NCBI GenBank assembly: GCA_045863195.1
Contig: BTUI01000003.1
Location: forward strand, 68,201-132,200
Origin: Chloroflexota bacterium
GTDB lineage: Bacteria > Chloroflexota > Dehalococcoidia > UBA2979
DNA: 64,000 nt
Direction of reading: 5' to 3'
Shown: one piece after another, positions 49,350-60,236 of the stretch
How positions within the stretch are numbered: position 1 is the first letter of the stretch
Layout of the letters: every line of letters starts with the position of its first letter
Notes under the pieces: generated by a model
What the model was told of the DNA's origin: nothing
The model's database searches: none
Seen by the model: the letters and a program-made list of their open reading frames with translations, nothing else
Program-made: the position numbers and the translations under genes

Positions 49350-50738
49350 ATGAGCGGGACGCGCATCGAGTCCGACACGATGGGCACCATCGAGGTCGCC
49401 TCGGACCGCTACTGGGGCGCGCAGACCCAGCGGTCGCTGGAGAACTTCAAGATCGGCATCGAGCGGATGCCGAAGCCGATCATCCGCGGCCTCGCGATCG
49501 TGAAGTACTGCTCCGCGGAGGTGAACCAGGACCTCGGCAAACTGGACGCGCCGCTCGCGGACGCCATCAAGCGCGCCGCGCAGGAAGTCATCGACGGGAA
49601 GCTGGACGACCACTTCCCGCTCGTCGTCTGGCAGACCGGCTCCGGCACCCAGACCAACATGAACGTGAACGAGGTCATCTCCAACCGCGCGATCGAGATG
49701 CTCGGCGGCGAGATGGGGTCGAAGAAGCCCGTCCACCCCAACGACCACGTCAACATGTCCCAGTCCTCCAACGACACCTACCCCGGCGCGATGAGCATCG
49801 CCACCGCCGAGGAGTGCGTGCGAAGCCTCATCCCCGCCCTGCGCTACCTGCACGACGCGCTGGACACCAAGGCGAAGGCGTTCGAGGGCATCGTGAAGAT
49901 CGGCCGCACCCACCTGATGGACGCCGTGCCGATGACCCTCGGCCAGGAGTTCTCGGGTTATGTCCAGCAGATCGCCTACGGCATCCAGCGCATCGAGGCG
50001 GTCCTGCCCCGGCTGTACGAACTGGCGCTGGGCGGCACGGCGGTCGGCACCGGCCTGAACACGCACCCGGAGTACGCGGAGCGCGTGGCAGCGAAGATCG
50101 CCGCGCTGACCGGCCTCCCCTTCGTGACGGCGCCGAACAAGTTCGAGTCGCTTGCCGCGCACGACGCGCAGGTCGAACTCGCCGGGATGCTGAACACGAT
50201 CGCGGCCTCGATGATGAAGATCGCGAACGACATCCGTCTGCTCGGCTCCGGCCCCCGCGCCGGCCTCGGCGAACTGCGGCTGCCGGAGAACGAGCCCGGC
50301 TCCAGCATCATGCCGGGCAAGGTGAACCCGACCCAGTCCGAGGCGGTGACGATGGTGTGCGCCCAGGTGATGGGCAACGCCGTGGCGGTCTCCGTGGGCG
50401 GCGCGACGGGCCACTTCGAACTGAACGTGTTCAAGCCGGTGATCGCCTACAACAACCTCCAGAGCATCCGCCTGCTGGCGGACTCGGCGCGCTCCTTCAC
50501 GGACAACTGCGTCGTGGGCATCGAGCCGAACCACGGCCGCATCCGCGAACTGATGGAGTCGTCGCTGATGCTGGTGACGGCGCTCAACGCGTACATCGGC
50601 TACGACAACGCGGCGAAGATCGCGAAGAAGGCGCACCAGGAGGGCACCTCGCTGAAGGAGTCCGGCCTCGCGCTCGGCCTCTTCACCGAGGCGCAGTTCG
50701 CCGAGTGGGTGAAGCCCGAGGAGATGACGCGCCCGTAG
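49350..50738 (+). CDS. fumC: Class II fumarate hydratase
   Basis: The GSSxMPxKxN signature ([15 protein letters not shown]) and conserved lyase-1 family motifs are present. Confidence 0.9.
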   Translation: MSGTRIESDTMGTIEVASDRYWGAQTQRSLENFKIGIERMPKPIIRGLAIVKYCSAEVNQDLGKLDAPLADAIKRAAQEVIDGKLDDHFPLVVWQTGSGTQTNMNVNEVISNRAIEMLGGEMGSKKPVHPNDHVNMSQSSNDTYPGAMSIATAEECVRSLIPALRYLHDALDTKAKAFEGIVKIGRTHLMDAVPMTLGQEFSGYVQQIAYGIQRIEAVLPRLYELALGGTAVGTGLNTHPEYAERVAAKIAALTGLPFVTAPNKFESLAAHDAQVELAGMLNTIAASMMKIANDIRLLGSGPRAGLGELRLPENEPGSSIMPGKVNPTQSEAVTMVCAQVMGNAVAVSVGGATGHFELNVFKPVIAYNNLQSIRLLADSARSFTDNCVVGIEPNHGRIRELMESSLMLVTALNAYIGYDNAAKIAKKAHQEGTSLKESGLALGLFTEAQFAEWVKPEEMTRP

Positions 50739-50762
50739 GCGCCCTCGGACGCCCGCGCTCCG

Positions 50763-50807
50763 CGCGCAGGACGACGGCCCGCCGGTGACGGCGGGCCGTT
50801 CCGTTGC
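50763..50807 (+). repeat. 45-nt hairpin/terminator module, copy 1 (stem ACGGCCCGCCG-gtga-CGGCGGGCCGT at 50774-50799, T-rich tail)
   Basis: It acts as the fumC terminator. Three blocks (cgcgcag, acgacggcccgcc, ggcgggccgttccgttgc) are identical to the reverse complement of copy 2 at 51708-51754. Confidence 0.55.
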
Positions 50808-50877
50808 TGGTTGCGCGGCGTTCGAGGCGCGGTGTGAGGCTGTAGCGGGCGCTGACGCGCCCGGCCCACTCCCCCTG

Positions 50878-50962
50878 CCCCCTCGCCCCCGGGCGAGGGG
50901 GATGAGATGCGATGGGGCTCCGCCCCATCGCGGCTGGGCCCCGGTCGCTGCCGCGACGGGCC
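50878..50962 (+). other. Tandem GC hairpins in a 460-nt non-coding stretch: CCCCCTCGCCC-cc-GGGCGAGGGGG (50878-50901), GCGATGGGGC-tcc-GCCCCATCGC (50909-50931), and an imperfect third (~50936-50962)
   Basis: Only Arg-rich shadow ORFs cover this region, so it is a candidate structured ncRNA or REP-like cluster. Confidence 0.35.
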
Positions 50963-51275
50963 GAATCCGTCAACGCGCTGCGCGCGTGCCGGGAAGAAGG
51001 CAAGCGCGGACGGCTACCGGTTCGCCCACTGCCTCGACGCTCAGCCGCGAGGTGGTGCGCAGGCGGACCAACGCCGAACCCGAGGGCACAAGAAGCCGCG
51101 CACGCGGGACACGACCGCTCCCCGAACCCTCAGCAACGCCGGAACGGCACCCCTCGACCGCTCGTGGTGAGCCTGTCGAACCACCACCGTCCGCCCTCCC
51201 ACGCCCCGAGGCCACCAGCGCAGGCCCTCGCACGCCTCTGATCGCGCGATACTGGGCGCAGGAAGCGAGACTCGC

Positions 51276-51689
51276 ATGGCGAAGCCAACCACCGTCGACG
51301 CGTACTTCGGGACGCTGCCGCCGGAGGCGCAGGCGGTGCTCGGGAAGGTGCGCGCGGCGCTGCGGAAGGCGGTGCCGGCGGGCGAGGAGGGGATCAGTTA
51401 CCAGATCCCCGTCATCAAGCACCACGGGCCGGTCTTCTTCTTCGCCGCCTGGAAGCAGCACTACTCCCTCTACCCGGTGACCGAGTCGCTCCTCGAGCGG
51501 TTCAGGGAGGACCTCGCGCGGTTTGAGGTGGAGAAGGGGACGATCCGCTTCCCCTATACGCGCCCGGTGCCGGCACGCCTGATCACGGCGATGGCGCAGT
51601 TCCGCGCGCAGGAGAACGAGGCGGCCGCGGCAGCGAAGGCGGCGGCGAAGGCCGCCGCCCGTCCCGCCCGCACGAGGGCACAGCGGTAG
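51276..51689 (+). CDS. DUF1801-domain protein (YdhG-like)
   Basis: 137 aa (VDAYFGTLPPEAQAVL ... ISYQIPVIKHHG ... FFAAWKQHYSLYP), a typical DUF1801 pattern. Confidence 0.6.
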   Translation: MAKPTTVDAYFGTLPPEAQAVLGKVRAALRKAVPAGEEGISYQIPVIKHHGPVFFFAAWKQHYSLYPVTESLLERFREDLARFEVEKGTIRFPYTRPVPARLITAMAQFRAQENEAAAAAKAAAKAAARPARTRAQR

Positions 51690-51707
51690 GCTTCGGCGAG
51701 CGCGCTG

Positions 51708-51754
51708 GCAACGGAACGGCCCGCCGGGTGGCGGGCCGTCGTCGTGTCTGCGCG
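51708..51754 (-). repeat. 45-nt hairpin/terminator module, copy 2, inverted (stem ACGGCCCGCC-gggt-GGCGGGCCGT at 51716-51739)
   Basis: It is a bidirectional terminator between the DUF1801 gene (plus) and sdhB (minus). About 38 of 45 nt are identical to copy 1 in reverse complement. Confidence 0.55.
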
Positions 51755-51765
51755 AGCCGCGAGGG

Positions 51766-52536
51766 CTACTGGGCGAGGCCCTGGCCGCCGAGGCGGCGGT
51801 TCACGGACTTGCCCTTGATGTAGTCGCGGTTCATGTACGCGATGAAGTCAATGGAGATGCCCTTCGGGCACGCGAACTGGCATTCGCCGTGGTTCGTGCA
51901 GCCGCCGAAGTACTCCTCCATCGTCTCGACCATCGCGACCGTGCGCTGCCAGCGCTCCGCCTGGCCCTGCGGGAGCAGGTTCAGGTGCTGCAACTTGGCG
52001 GAGGTGAACAGCTGCGCGGCGCCGTTCGGGCAGGCCGCAACGCACGCGCCGCAGCCGATGCACTCGGCCGCGTCCATCGCCGCGTCCGAGACTTCCTTCG
52101 GGATCGGGATCATGTTCGCTTCCGGCGCGGAGCCGGTGTTGATCGAGATGAACCCGCCGACCTCGATGATGCGGTCGAGCGCGGACCGGTTCACGACCAG
52201 GTCGCGGATGACCGGGAACGCGCCGGCGCGCCACGGCTCAACAACGATGGTGTCGCCGTCCTTGAACGTGCGCATGTGCAACTGGCACGTGGCGGTGCGC
52301 TCGTGCCCACCGTGCGCCTTGCCGTTGATCATGACACCACAGGAGCCACAGATGCCCTCGCGGCAGTCGTGCTCGAACTGGATCGGCTCCACGCCCTGCC
52401 CGATCAGCGTCTCGTTCACGATGTCGAGCATCTCGAGGAAGGACATATCCGGGGAGATGCCCTGCACCGGGTACGTCTCGAACCGTCCGCGCGCCTGGGG
52501 GCCGTCCTGACGCCAGACCTTCAGCGTGAGGTTCAT
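51766..52536 (-). CDS. sdhB: Succinate dehydrogenase/fumarate reductase iron-sulfur subunit
   Basis: Cys clusters are present for [2Fe-2S] ([10 protein letters not shown]), [4Fe-4S] ([12 protein letters not shown]) and [3Fe-4S] ([12 protein letters not shown]). The start at MNLTLKVW overlaps the sdhA stop by 1 nt. Confidence 0.85.
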   Translation of the reverse strand: MNLTLKVWRQDGPQARGRFETYPVQGISPDMSFLEMLDIVNETLIGQGVEPIQFEHDCREGICGSCGVMINGKAHGGHERTATCQLHMRTFKDGDTIVVEPWRAGAFPVIRDLVVNRSALDRIIEVGGFISINTGSAPEANMIPIPKEVSDAAMDAAECIGCGACVAACPNGAAQLFTSAKLQHLNLLPQGQAERWQRTVAMVETMEEYFGGCTNHGECQFACPKGISIDFIAYMNRDYIKGKSVNRRLGGQGLAQ

Positions 52537-54455
52537 TACTTGTAGCTCCTCTGCGCCACGTGGACGTGCTCGAACGTCAGCGGCTCCTGGTGGAGGGCCT
52601 GCGCCTGGCCGGCGCCCTGCCACTCCCAGGCACCGACGTACGAGAAGCGCTCGTCGTCCCGCTTCGCCTCGCCGTCCTCGGTCTGCGATTCCACGCGCAG
52701 GTGGCCGCCGCACGACTCCTCGCGGTGGAGCGCGTCACGCACGAGGAGTTCGCCCAGTTCGAAGAAGTCGGCGACGCGGCCGGCCTTCTCCAGCGAGTCG
52801 TTCAGCGAGTCGCCGGAGCCCAGGATGCGCACGTCCCGGTCGAAGTCGGCGCGCAGCGCCGGGATGTCCCGGAGCGCCTGCTCCAGCCCCTCGCGGGAGC
52901 GCTCCATGCCGGCGTGCTCCCAGAGGATGTGGCCGAGTTCGCGGTGGAAGTGGTCCACCGACTTCGTGCCCTTCGTGCCTAGGAAGCGCTTCGTCTGCTC
53001 CTCCACGCCCTTCTTCGCCTCGGCGAAGGCGGGGTGATCGGTGCCGGGCGCCTTCTGGCCGAGCAGCCCGGCGAGGTAGTCGCCGACCGTGTACGGCAGG
53101 ATGAAGTAGCCGTCCGCCAGGCCCTGCATCAGCGCGGACGCGCCGAGGCGGTTCGCACCGTGGTCGGAGAAGTTCGCCTCACCGGCCACGAAGCAGCCGG
53201 GGATGGTGCTCATCAGGTTGTAGTCCACCCAGAGGCCGCCCATGGTGTAGTGGATGGCCGGGTAGATGCGCATCGGCGTCTCGTACGGGTCCTCGTCCGT
53301 GATGCGGTCGTACATCTCGAACAGGTTGCCGTACCGCTCCTCGACCTCCTTGCGGCCCAGGCGCTGGATCGCTTCCGCGAAGTCCAGGTAGACGCCGTTC
53401 CGCGTCGGCCCCACACCCCGGCCCTGGTCCACCTGCCGCTTGGCGGCGCGGGAGGCGACGTCGCGCGGGACGAGGTTGCCGAACGAGGGGTACATCCGCT
53501 CCAGGTAGTAGTCGCGGTCCGCTTCCGGGATCTGGTGCGGCGGGCGCTTGTCCTCGGGGTCCTTCGGGACCCAGATGCGGCCGTCGTTCCGGAGCGACTC
53601 GCTCATCAGCGTGAGCTTGGATTGGAACTCGTCACTCGCCGGGATGCACGTCGGGTGGATCTGCGTGTAGCACGGGTTCGCGAAGAGCGCGCCGCGCTTG
53701 TGCGCGCGCCACGCGGCGGTGACGTTGCTCTTCTTCGCGTTCGTGGAGAGGTAGTAGACGTTGCCGTAGCCGCCCGTGGCGAGCACCACGGCGTGCGCGG
53801 CGTGCGTGGTGACCTCGCCGGTGGTGAGGTCACGCATCACCACGCCGGAGGCACGGCCGTCCACCACCACCAGGTCCAGCATCTCCTGCCGCGGGTGCAG
53901 TTCCACGCTGCCGATGCCCACCTGGCGCATCAGCGCGGAGTACGCGCCGAGGAGCAACTGCTGCCCCGTCTGGCCTCGGGCGTAGAACGTGCGGGAGACC
54001 TGCACGCCGCCGAAGGAGCGGTTGTCCAGCATCCCGCCGTACTCGCGCGCGAACGGGACGCCCTGCGCGACGCACTGGTCGATGATGTTCACGCTCACCT
54101 GGGCCAGGCGGTACACGTTCGCCTCGCGGGAGCGGAAGTCGCCGCCCTTCACGGTGTCGTAGAAGAGCCGGAAGGCGGAGTCGCCGTCGTTCTGGTAGTT
54201 CTTCGCGGCGTTGATGCCGCCCTGCGCGGCGATCGAGTGCGCACGCCTCGGCGAGTCGTGGTAGGTGAAGACCTTCACGTTGTAGCCGAGTTCCGCCATC
54301 GTCGCGGCCGCCGAGGCGCCGGCGAGGCCGGTGCCGACAACGATCACGTTGAAGCGGCGCTTGTTGGCCGGGTTCACCAGCCGCATGTTGAAGCGGTGGT
54401 TGTCCCACTTCTGCTCGATCGGCCCGTCCGGAATCCGGGAATCCAGGGTCACCAT
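52536..54455 (-). CDS. sdhA: Succinate dehydrogenase/fumarate reductase flavoprotein subunit
   Basis: The sequence has [19 protein letters not shown]-binding, the [10 protein letters not shown] covalent-FAD histidine region and conserved active-site blocks. The start is placed at MVTLDSR. Confidence 0.85.
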   Translation of the reverse strand: MVTLDSRIPDGPIEQKWDNHRFNMRLVNPANKRRFNVIVVGTGLAGASAAATMAELGYNVKVFTYHDSPRRAHSIAAQGGINAAKNYQNDGDSAFRLFYDTVKGGDFRSREANVYRLAQVSVNIIDQCVAQGVPFAREYGGMLDNRSFGGVQVSRTFYARGQTGQQLLLGAYSALMRQVGIGSVELHPRQEMLDLVVVDGRASGVVMRDLTTGEVTTHAAHAVVLATGGYGNVYYLSTNAKKSNVTAAWRAHKRGALFANPCYTQIHPTCIPASDEFQSKLTLMSESLRNDGRIWVPKDPEDKRPPHQIPEADRDYYLERMYPSFGNLVPRDVASRAAKRQVDQGRGVGPTRNGVYLDFAEAIQRLGRKEVEERYGNLFEMYDRITDEDPYETPMRIYPAIHYTMGGLWVDYNLMSTIPGCFVAGEANFSDHGANRLGASALMQGLADGYFILPYTVGDYLAGLLGQKAPGTDHPAFAEAKKGVEEQTKRFLGTKGTKSVDHFHRELGHILWEHAGMERSREGLEQALRDIPALRADFDRDVRILGSGDSLNDSLEKAGRVADFFELGELLVRDALHREESCGGHLRVESQTEDGEAKRDDERFSYVGAWEWQGAGQAQALHQEPLTFEHVHVAQRSYK

Positions 54456-54465
54456 GCTGCCGCCC

Positions 54466-55218
54466 CTAACCCACGATGCCGGCGAGCACCGCGATGGGGA
54501 ACGAGATGTTCCCACCGACGATCGCCGCCGTGAACAGCGCAGCGAATCCGCGACGCAGCCAGTTGATGCTCGGGTTGTTCACCCCCAGCGACTGGAAGAG
54601 GCTCCAGGCGCCGTGGTACAGGTGCACGCCCAGCGCGAGGTTGGCGACGATGTAGAGGATCGCCACCGGCACGCGCTCGAACGAGGCGACCACGTTGTGG
54701 TAGACCTGCCCGTACTCGAAGTCCGGGTTCGCGAAGCCCCACGTCAGGTCCGCGAGGTGGAAGGCCAGGAACAGCAGGACGATGGGCCCGGTCCACTTCA
54801 TCGTGCGGGAGGCCCAGTTCGCGGCGATGTAGTCGCGCTTCGACTGGTACCCCATCGGCCGCGCCCGGCGGTTCATCGCCCAGAGCGAGAACGCCGAGTG
54901 GACGTGCAGGACCAGCGCCACGAGCAGCAGGCCGCGCATGGCCCACAGCGCGTTCTCCTTCGGGAGGATCGGGTAGCCGATCGCCCGCAGGCCTTCCGCG
55001 TAGTGGTCCAGTTCCGCGGCGCCGAGGTACATCTTCAGGTTGCCGAACATGTGGAGGGCAATGAAGCCCATGCCGATCACACCGGTGATCGCCATGACCC
55101 ACTTCTTGCCCACCGCCGTCTGGTAGAGACTCAGCGGCCACGGCCACTGACGGCCCGGCCTGCGGTTCACGGGCCGTACGGCGGCTTCCACCGTCGACCG
55201 TGGTTTCGCCTGCGCCAT
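54466..55218 (-). CDS. sdhC: Succinate dehydrogenase cytochrome b subunit (b558-type, 5 TM)
   Basis: Multiple TM helices carry conserved His residues for heme ligation. The gene order sdhC-sdhA-sdhB resembles Bacillus and Actinobacteria. Confidence 0.7.
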   Translation of the reverse strand: MAQAKPRSTVEAAVRPVNRRPGRQWPWPLSLYQTAVGKKWVMAITGVIGMGFIALHMFGNLKMYLGAAELDHYAEGLRAIGYPILPKENALWAMRGLLLVALVLHVHSAFSLWAMNRRARPMGYQSKRDYIAANWASRTMKWTGPIVLLFLAFHLADLTWGFANPDFEYGQVYHNVVASFERVPVAILYIVANLALGVHLYHGAWSLFQSLGVNNPSINWLRRGFAALFTAAIVGGNISFPIAVLAGIVG

Positions 55219-55315
55219 GCGCTTGCCCCTCGACTGCTGCCAGGAGCCCCGCCCCCAACCCCGAGGGCGTCCGGCTCACGCGTACCCTACCGCCGCGCGC
55301 GGTTCCCCGCGAGCG

Positions 55316-55876
55316 TCACGCCCCCTGCCGCGCCCGGTGCCGCCGGAGCAGGCTGAGCGCGATCAGCGTCTTCGAGTCCTCGATCTCGCCCGCGTCCACC
55401 GCCGCCTCGATCTCATCGAGGGTCATGCGGACCGGCTCGGCGATGTACTCGTCGTGGTCCTGGGGGAGGGGGTCGGCGCGGAGGTCGGTGGCGAGGAAGT
55501 AGTGGATGTACTCGGAACAGAAGCCGGGGGCCATCCACGCGCCGCCCAACCGCACGATCGAGCGGGCGGCGTAGCCCGTTTCCTCGCGCACCTCGCGCGC
55601 GGCGGTCACCTCCGGCGCCTCGCCTGCCTCGCGGGTGCCCGCGGGGATCTCGAGGAGTTCGCGGCCGGTGGCGTGGCGGTACTGGCGCACCATCAGCCAG
55701 CGGCCGTCCGCGTCCTCCACCACCAGCGCGACCGCCCCGGGGTGCCAGACGATCGCCCGGTCGACCTCGTGGCCGTTCGGGAAGCGGATGATGTCGCGCG
55801 TGATGTTGAGGTAGCCCGCCGAGGCGAGCGGCTCCGAGCGCAGGAGCGTCGGGAGCGCCTCGGGCTGATCGCTCAC
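55316..55876 (-). CDS. NUDIX hydrolase (ADP-ribose pyrophosphatase-like)
   Basis: The Nudix box is GTREAGEAPEVTAAREVREETGY. A GTG start overlaps the upstream GNAT stop (GTGA). Confidence 0.62.
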   Translation of the reverse strand: MSDQPEALPTLLRSEPLASAGYLNITRDIIRFPNGHEVDRAIVWHPGAVALVVEDADGRWLMVRQYRHATGRELLEIPAGTREAGEAPEVTAAREVREETGYAARSIVRLGGAWMAPGFCSEYIHYFLATDLRADPLPQDHDEYIAEPVRMTLDEIEAAVDAGEIEDSKTLIALSLLRRHRARQGA

Positions 55877-56406
55877 GAGGCGGCGTCCGCCGGCTTGAGG
55901 TCGAGCACCATCGCGATTTCGTCGCAGCCCGGGAACTTCGGGCAGCGGTAGCACTCGTTCCAGACCTTGCGCGGCAGGTTCATCACGTCCGCCTGCTGCC
56001 AGCCAAGGCGTTCGAAGAAGCCCGGCCGGTAGGTGAGCGCGAACAGCCGGTCGAGGCCGAGCGCCCGCCCTTCTTCCACGCAGGCGCGCACCAGCGCCGC
56101 GCCGATCCCTCGGGACTGCGTGGACTCCTCCACGGCGAGCGACTTCAACTCCGCCAGGTCGGCCCAGGTGATGTGCAGCGCGGCGCAGCCGACGACCCGC
56201 CCGTCCTGCCGCACGACGAAGAAGTCGCGCAGGTTTTCGTACGTCTCGCCGAGGGTCCTCGGGAGCATCTGCCCCTGCGCCGCCCAGAAGTTGATGAGCG
56301 CCGCGATCCCCTCGCCGTCGCGCGTGGTGGCGCGTTCGACGCGGACCTCGGTGCCGGGGCGGGTGTCGGTGGTCATCAGGGGTACAGGATATCCAACGGC
56401 GGGCAC
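55873..56406 (-). CDS. GNAT-family N-acetyltransferase (short ArgA-like)
   Basis: The acetyl-CoA binding motif is QSRGIGAALVRACVEEG. Confidence 0.6.
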   Translation of the reverse strand: MPAVGYPVPLMTTDTRPGTEVRVERATTRDGEGIAALINFWAAQGQMLPRTLGETYENLRDFFVVRQDGRVVGCAALHITWADLAELKSLAVEESTQSRGIGAALVRACVEEGRALGLDRLFALTYRPGFFERLGWQQADVMNLPRKVWNECYRCPKFPGCDEIAMVLDLKPADAAS

Positions 56407-56426
56407 AACCGCGCGCCCCGGGAGCG

Positions 56427-57308
56427 TCAGGTGGCGGGCTCGTCCATCACGTGGTCCAGCCGCAGCCAGCCCAGGCGCACGGCCAGGTTCTGGTAGAACT
56501 CTGTCTCGTCCCCCAGCCGCACGAAGTCGACCGTGCGCGGGGAGCGGGTGATCTCCACCACCGACCCGGAGTCGACCGGCCGGTGGTGTAGGCCGTCCAC
56601 GCCCAGCATCGCCTCGTAGCCGCGCTCCACGGAGAGGCGGAGGCGCGCGCCGCCGGGGAGCACGAGGGCGTTCGCACGGGTCAGGTGCGGCGCCACAGGC
56701 ACGAGGATCATCTCGTCCGAACTCGGGTGGAGGATCGGCCCGCCCACGGACAAGGCGTACCCCGTCGACCCGGTCGCCGTCGCGACGACGATCGCGTCGG
56801 CGCGGTACTCCGCGAGCAGCACCCCATCGATGCGCGCCTCCACGGAGATCGTGCGTCCGAGGGTTGCCCGGCCGATGACCACGTCGTTGAGGGCGTGCAG
56901 CGCCGGCGACTCCCCCACCTGCGCCTGCACCATCGACCGCCGCTCGAGGCGCGCGTCGCCGGCGAGGACGCGGGCGAAGTCCGCCGCCACGCGGTCCTCG
57001 ACCGACTCGGTGAGGAAGCCAAGGCGGCCCATGCGCACGCCGAAGACGGGGACGCCGGCCTGCGCTGCGTAGGCGGAGGCGTGCAGCATCGTCCCGTCAC
57101 CACCCACGCAGACGAGGAGGCCCGAACCGTTGAGGTGCGACAGGAAGCCATCGCCGTCCTGCTGTGAGGGGTCCGCGAGGGCGTCGAGGGTCGCGGGGAC
57201 GCCGGCCGCCTCCGCCTGCCGCACGAGCGCGGCCGCGACCTCCCCCGCCCGCGGGAGCGCGGGGTGGTAGGCGACGACCACCGCACGAGGCGCGCTGAGC
57301 GGGCTCAC
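56427..57308 (-). CDS. nadK: NAD kinase
   Basis: It has the GGDGT motif (LLVCVGGDGTMLHA), NDVVI and a conserved C-terminal domain. Confidence 0.82.
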   Translation of the reverse strand: MSPLSAPRAVVVAYHPALPRAGEVAAALVRQAEAAGVPATLDALADPSQQDGDGFLSHLNGSGLLVCVGGDGTMLHASAYAAQAGVPVFGVRMGRLGFLTESVEDRVAADFARVLAGDARLERRSMVQAQVGESPALHALNDVVIGRATLGRTISVEARIDGVLLAEYRADAIVVATATGSTGYALSVGGPILHPSSDEMILVPVAPHLTRANALVLPGGARLRLSVERGYEAMLGVDGLHHRPVDSGSVVEITRSPRTVDFVRLGDETEFYQNLAVRLGWLRLDHVMDEPAT

Positions 57309-58090
57309 GCGGCGGCCTCGGACGTCGCGGGGAGGCCGGGCGCGGGGACGCGCAGCCAGAGGAAGAACTCGCGGTTACCCGCCGGGCCCAGCAGCGGCGA
57401 ACGGATCACGCCGCTGACGCGCAGCCCGAGGTCGATCGCGGCGAGCGCGACATGGCCGATGCAGGTGGCGTGGACGACCGGATCGCGCACCACGCCGCCC
57501 TTCTCCACCTGCTCCCGACCCGCCTCGAACTGTGGCTTCACGAGGACGAGCAGGTCTCCGCCAGGGGCGACGGAGCGGGCGACCGCGGGCAGGACGGTGG
57601 CGGCGGAGATAAAGGAGACGTCCATCACCAGCAGGTCGACGGGGGGATCCAACGGCTCCATCGAGCGGGCGTTCACCCGCTCGATGAGCGTGACGCGCGG
57701 ATCGTCCCGCAGCTTCGCGGCGAACTCGCCGTAGGCAACGTCCACGGCGACGACATGCGCCGCGCCGCGCTGCAGCAGGCAGTCCGTGAAGCCGCCGGTG
57801 GAGGCGCCCACGTCCAGGCAGCGCCGGCCGGCGGGGTCGATCCCGGAGCGGTCGAGGGCATGCGCCAGTTTCTCGCCGCCGCGGCTCACGAACGGCGGCG
57901 GGGTCTTCACCTCGATCACCGCATCCTCGGCGATGGGAGCAGCGGGACGGAGGGCGACCTGGCCGTCCACGAGGACCTCGCGTGCCAGCACGAGCGCGCG
58001 GGCGCGGTCACGGCCCGTGGCGAGGCCACGCTCCACCATCACCTGGTCGAGGCGCTGCTTCTTCGCGCGGGGCTGGGTGGCGGCGGCCAT
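57305..58090 (-). CDS. tlyA: TlyA-family rRNA 2'-O-methyltransferase (hemolysin A-like)
   Basis: An S4 domain N-terminus is followed by FtsJ-like MTase motifs (LDVGASTGGFTDCLL). It overlaps nadK by 4 nt, and the tlyA-nadK order matches actinobacterial synteny. Confidence 0.8.
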   Translation of the reverse strand: MAAATQPRAKKQRLDQVMVERGLATGRDRARALVLAREVLVDGQVALRPAAPIAEDAVIEVKTPPPFVSRGGEKLAHALDRSGIDPAGRRCLDVGASTGGFTDCLLQRGAAHVVAVDVAYGEFAAKLRDDPRVTLIERVNARSMEPLDPPVDLLVMDVSFISAATVLPAVARSVAPGGDLLVLVKPQFEAGREQVEKGGVVRDPVVHATCIGHVALAAIDLGLRVSGVIRSPLLGPAGNREFFLWLRVPAPGLPATSEAAA

Positions 58091-58166
58091 GCTGACTCCG
58101 CTCGCGAGGATAGCACCGGCTCCCGCCCCGTCCGAGGCGGCATGTCCGGCGGTCGGGAGCCCTCGG

Positions 58167-59471
<1,305 letters not shown>

Positions 59472-59519
59472 ACCCGATCCTCCGCGAGGCGTGCCGCCGC
59501 CTCGTTGCCCGCCCGAGGG

Positions 59520-60161
59520 CTAGGCGTTCTCCGGCTTCGAGAGCAGTTCGTCCACGAGCCCGTACTCCTTCGCCTGTTCGGCGGTCATGTACACGTCGCG
59601 GTCGGTGTCCTGCTTGATGCGTTCCAGGGACTGGCCGGTGGCGTCCGAGAGGATCTGGCGGATCTTCTCGTTGTTGCGGATCAGTTCCCGGGCCTGGATC
59701 TCCACGTCGCTGGCCTGGCCGGAGCCACCGCCCAGCGCCTGGTGCATGTGGATGGTGGCGTTCGGCAGCGCGAAGCGCTTTCCCTTGTGGCCGGCCGAGA
59801 GCAGCACGGTGCCCATGGACGCGGTCACGCCCACGGCGATGGTGCTGACGTCAGCCCGCACGAGGTTCATCGTGTCGAAGATCGCCAATCCGGCGTAGAT
59901 CATGCCGCCCGGGGAGTTCACGTAGATCGAGATGTCCCGCTCCGGGTCCTCGCGGTCCAGGAACAGCAACTGGGCGACGATGGAGTTCGCCACCTGGTCG
60001 TCGATCGGCGTGCCGAGGAAGATGATCCGTTCCTTGAGCAGCAGCGAGTAGATGTCGTAGGCGCGCTCACCGCGCGCCGTCGTCTCTACCACCATCGGCA
60101 CAATGTTCTGCGGCTTGAGGAAGCCGGGCGAGAAGTCTTCGTGACGCGGCGCGCGGTAGGT
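59520..60161 (-). CDS. clpP: ATP-dependent Clp protease proteolytic subunit
   Basis: Catalytic triad context GTVLLSAG (Ser), HMHQALGG (His), Asp, and overall ClpP conservation. The start is placed at MTYRAP. Confidence 0.9.
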   Translation of the reverse strand, partial: TYRAPRHEDFSPGFLKPQNIVPMVVETTARGERAYDIYSLLLKERIIFLGTPIDDQVANSIVAQLLFLDREDPERDISIYVNSPGGMIYAGLAIFDTMNLVRADVSTIAVGVTASMGTVLLSAGHKGKRFALPNATIHMHQALGGGSGQASDVEIQARELIRNNEKIRQILSDATGQSLERIKQDTDRDVYMTAEQAKEYGLVDELLSKPENA

Positions 60162-60236
60162 CATCCGAGGGTTCCTGTCCGTCTCTATCGAACGTCGTCG
60201 TCGATCCATCGTACCCCGGCATTCGCCGGGCGGCGG

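Noticed and set aside
50785-51480. 231-aa and 109-aa ORFs in the fumC-DUF1801 spacer
   Set aside because: Extremely Arg/Pro/Ala-rich with no domains. They overlap perfect GC palindromes, so the region is treated as non-coding.
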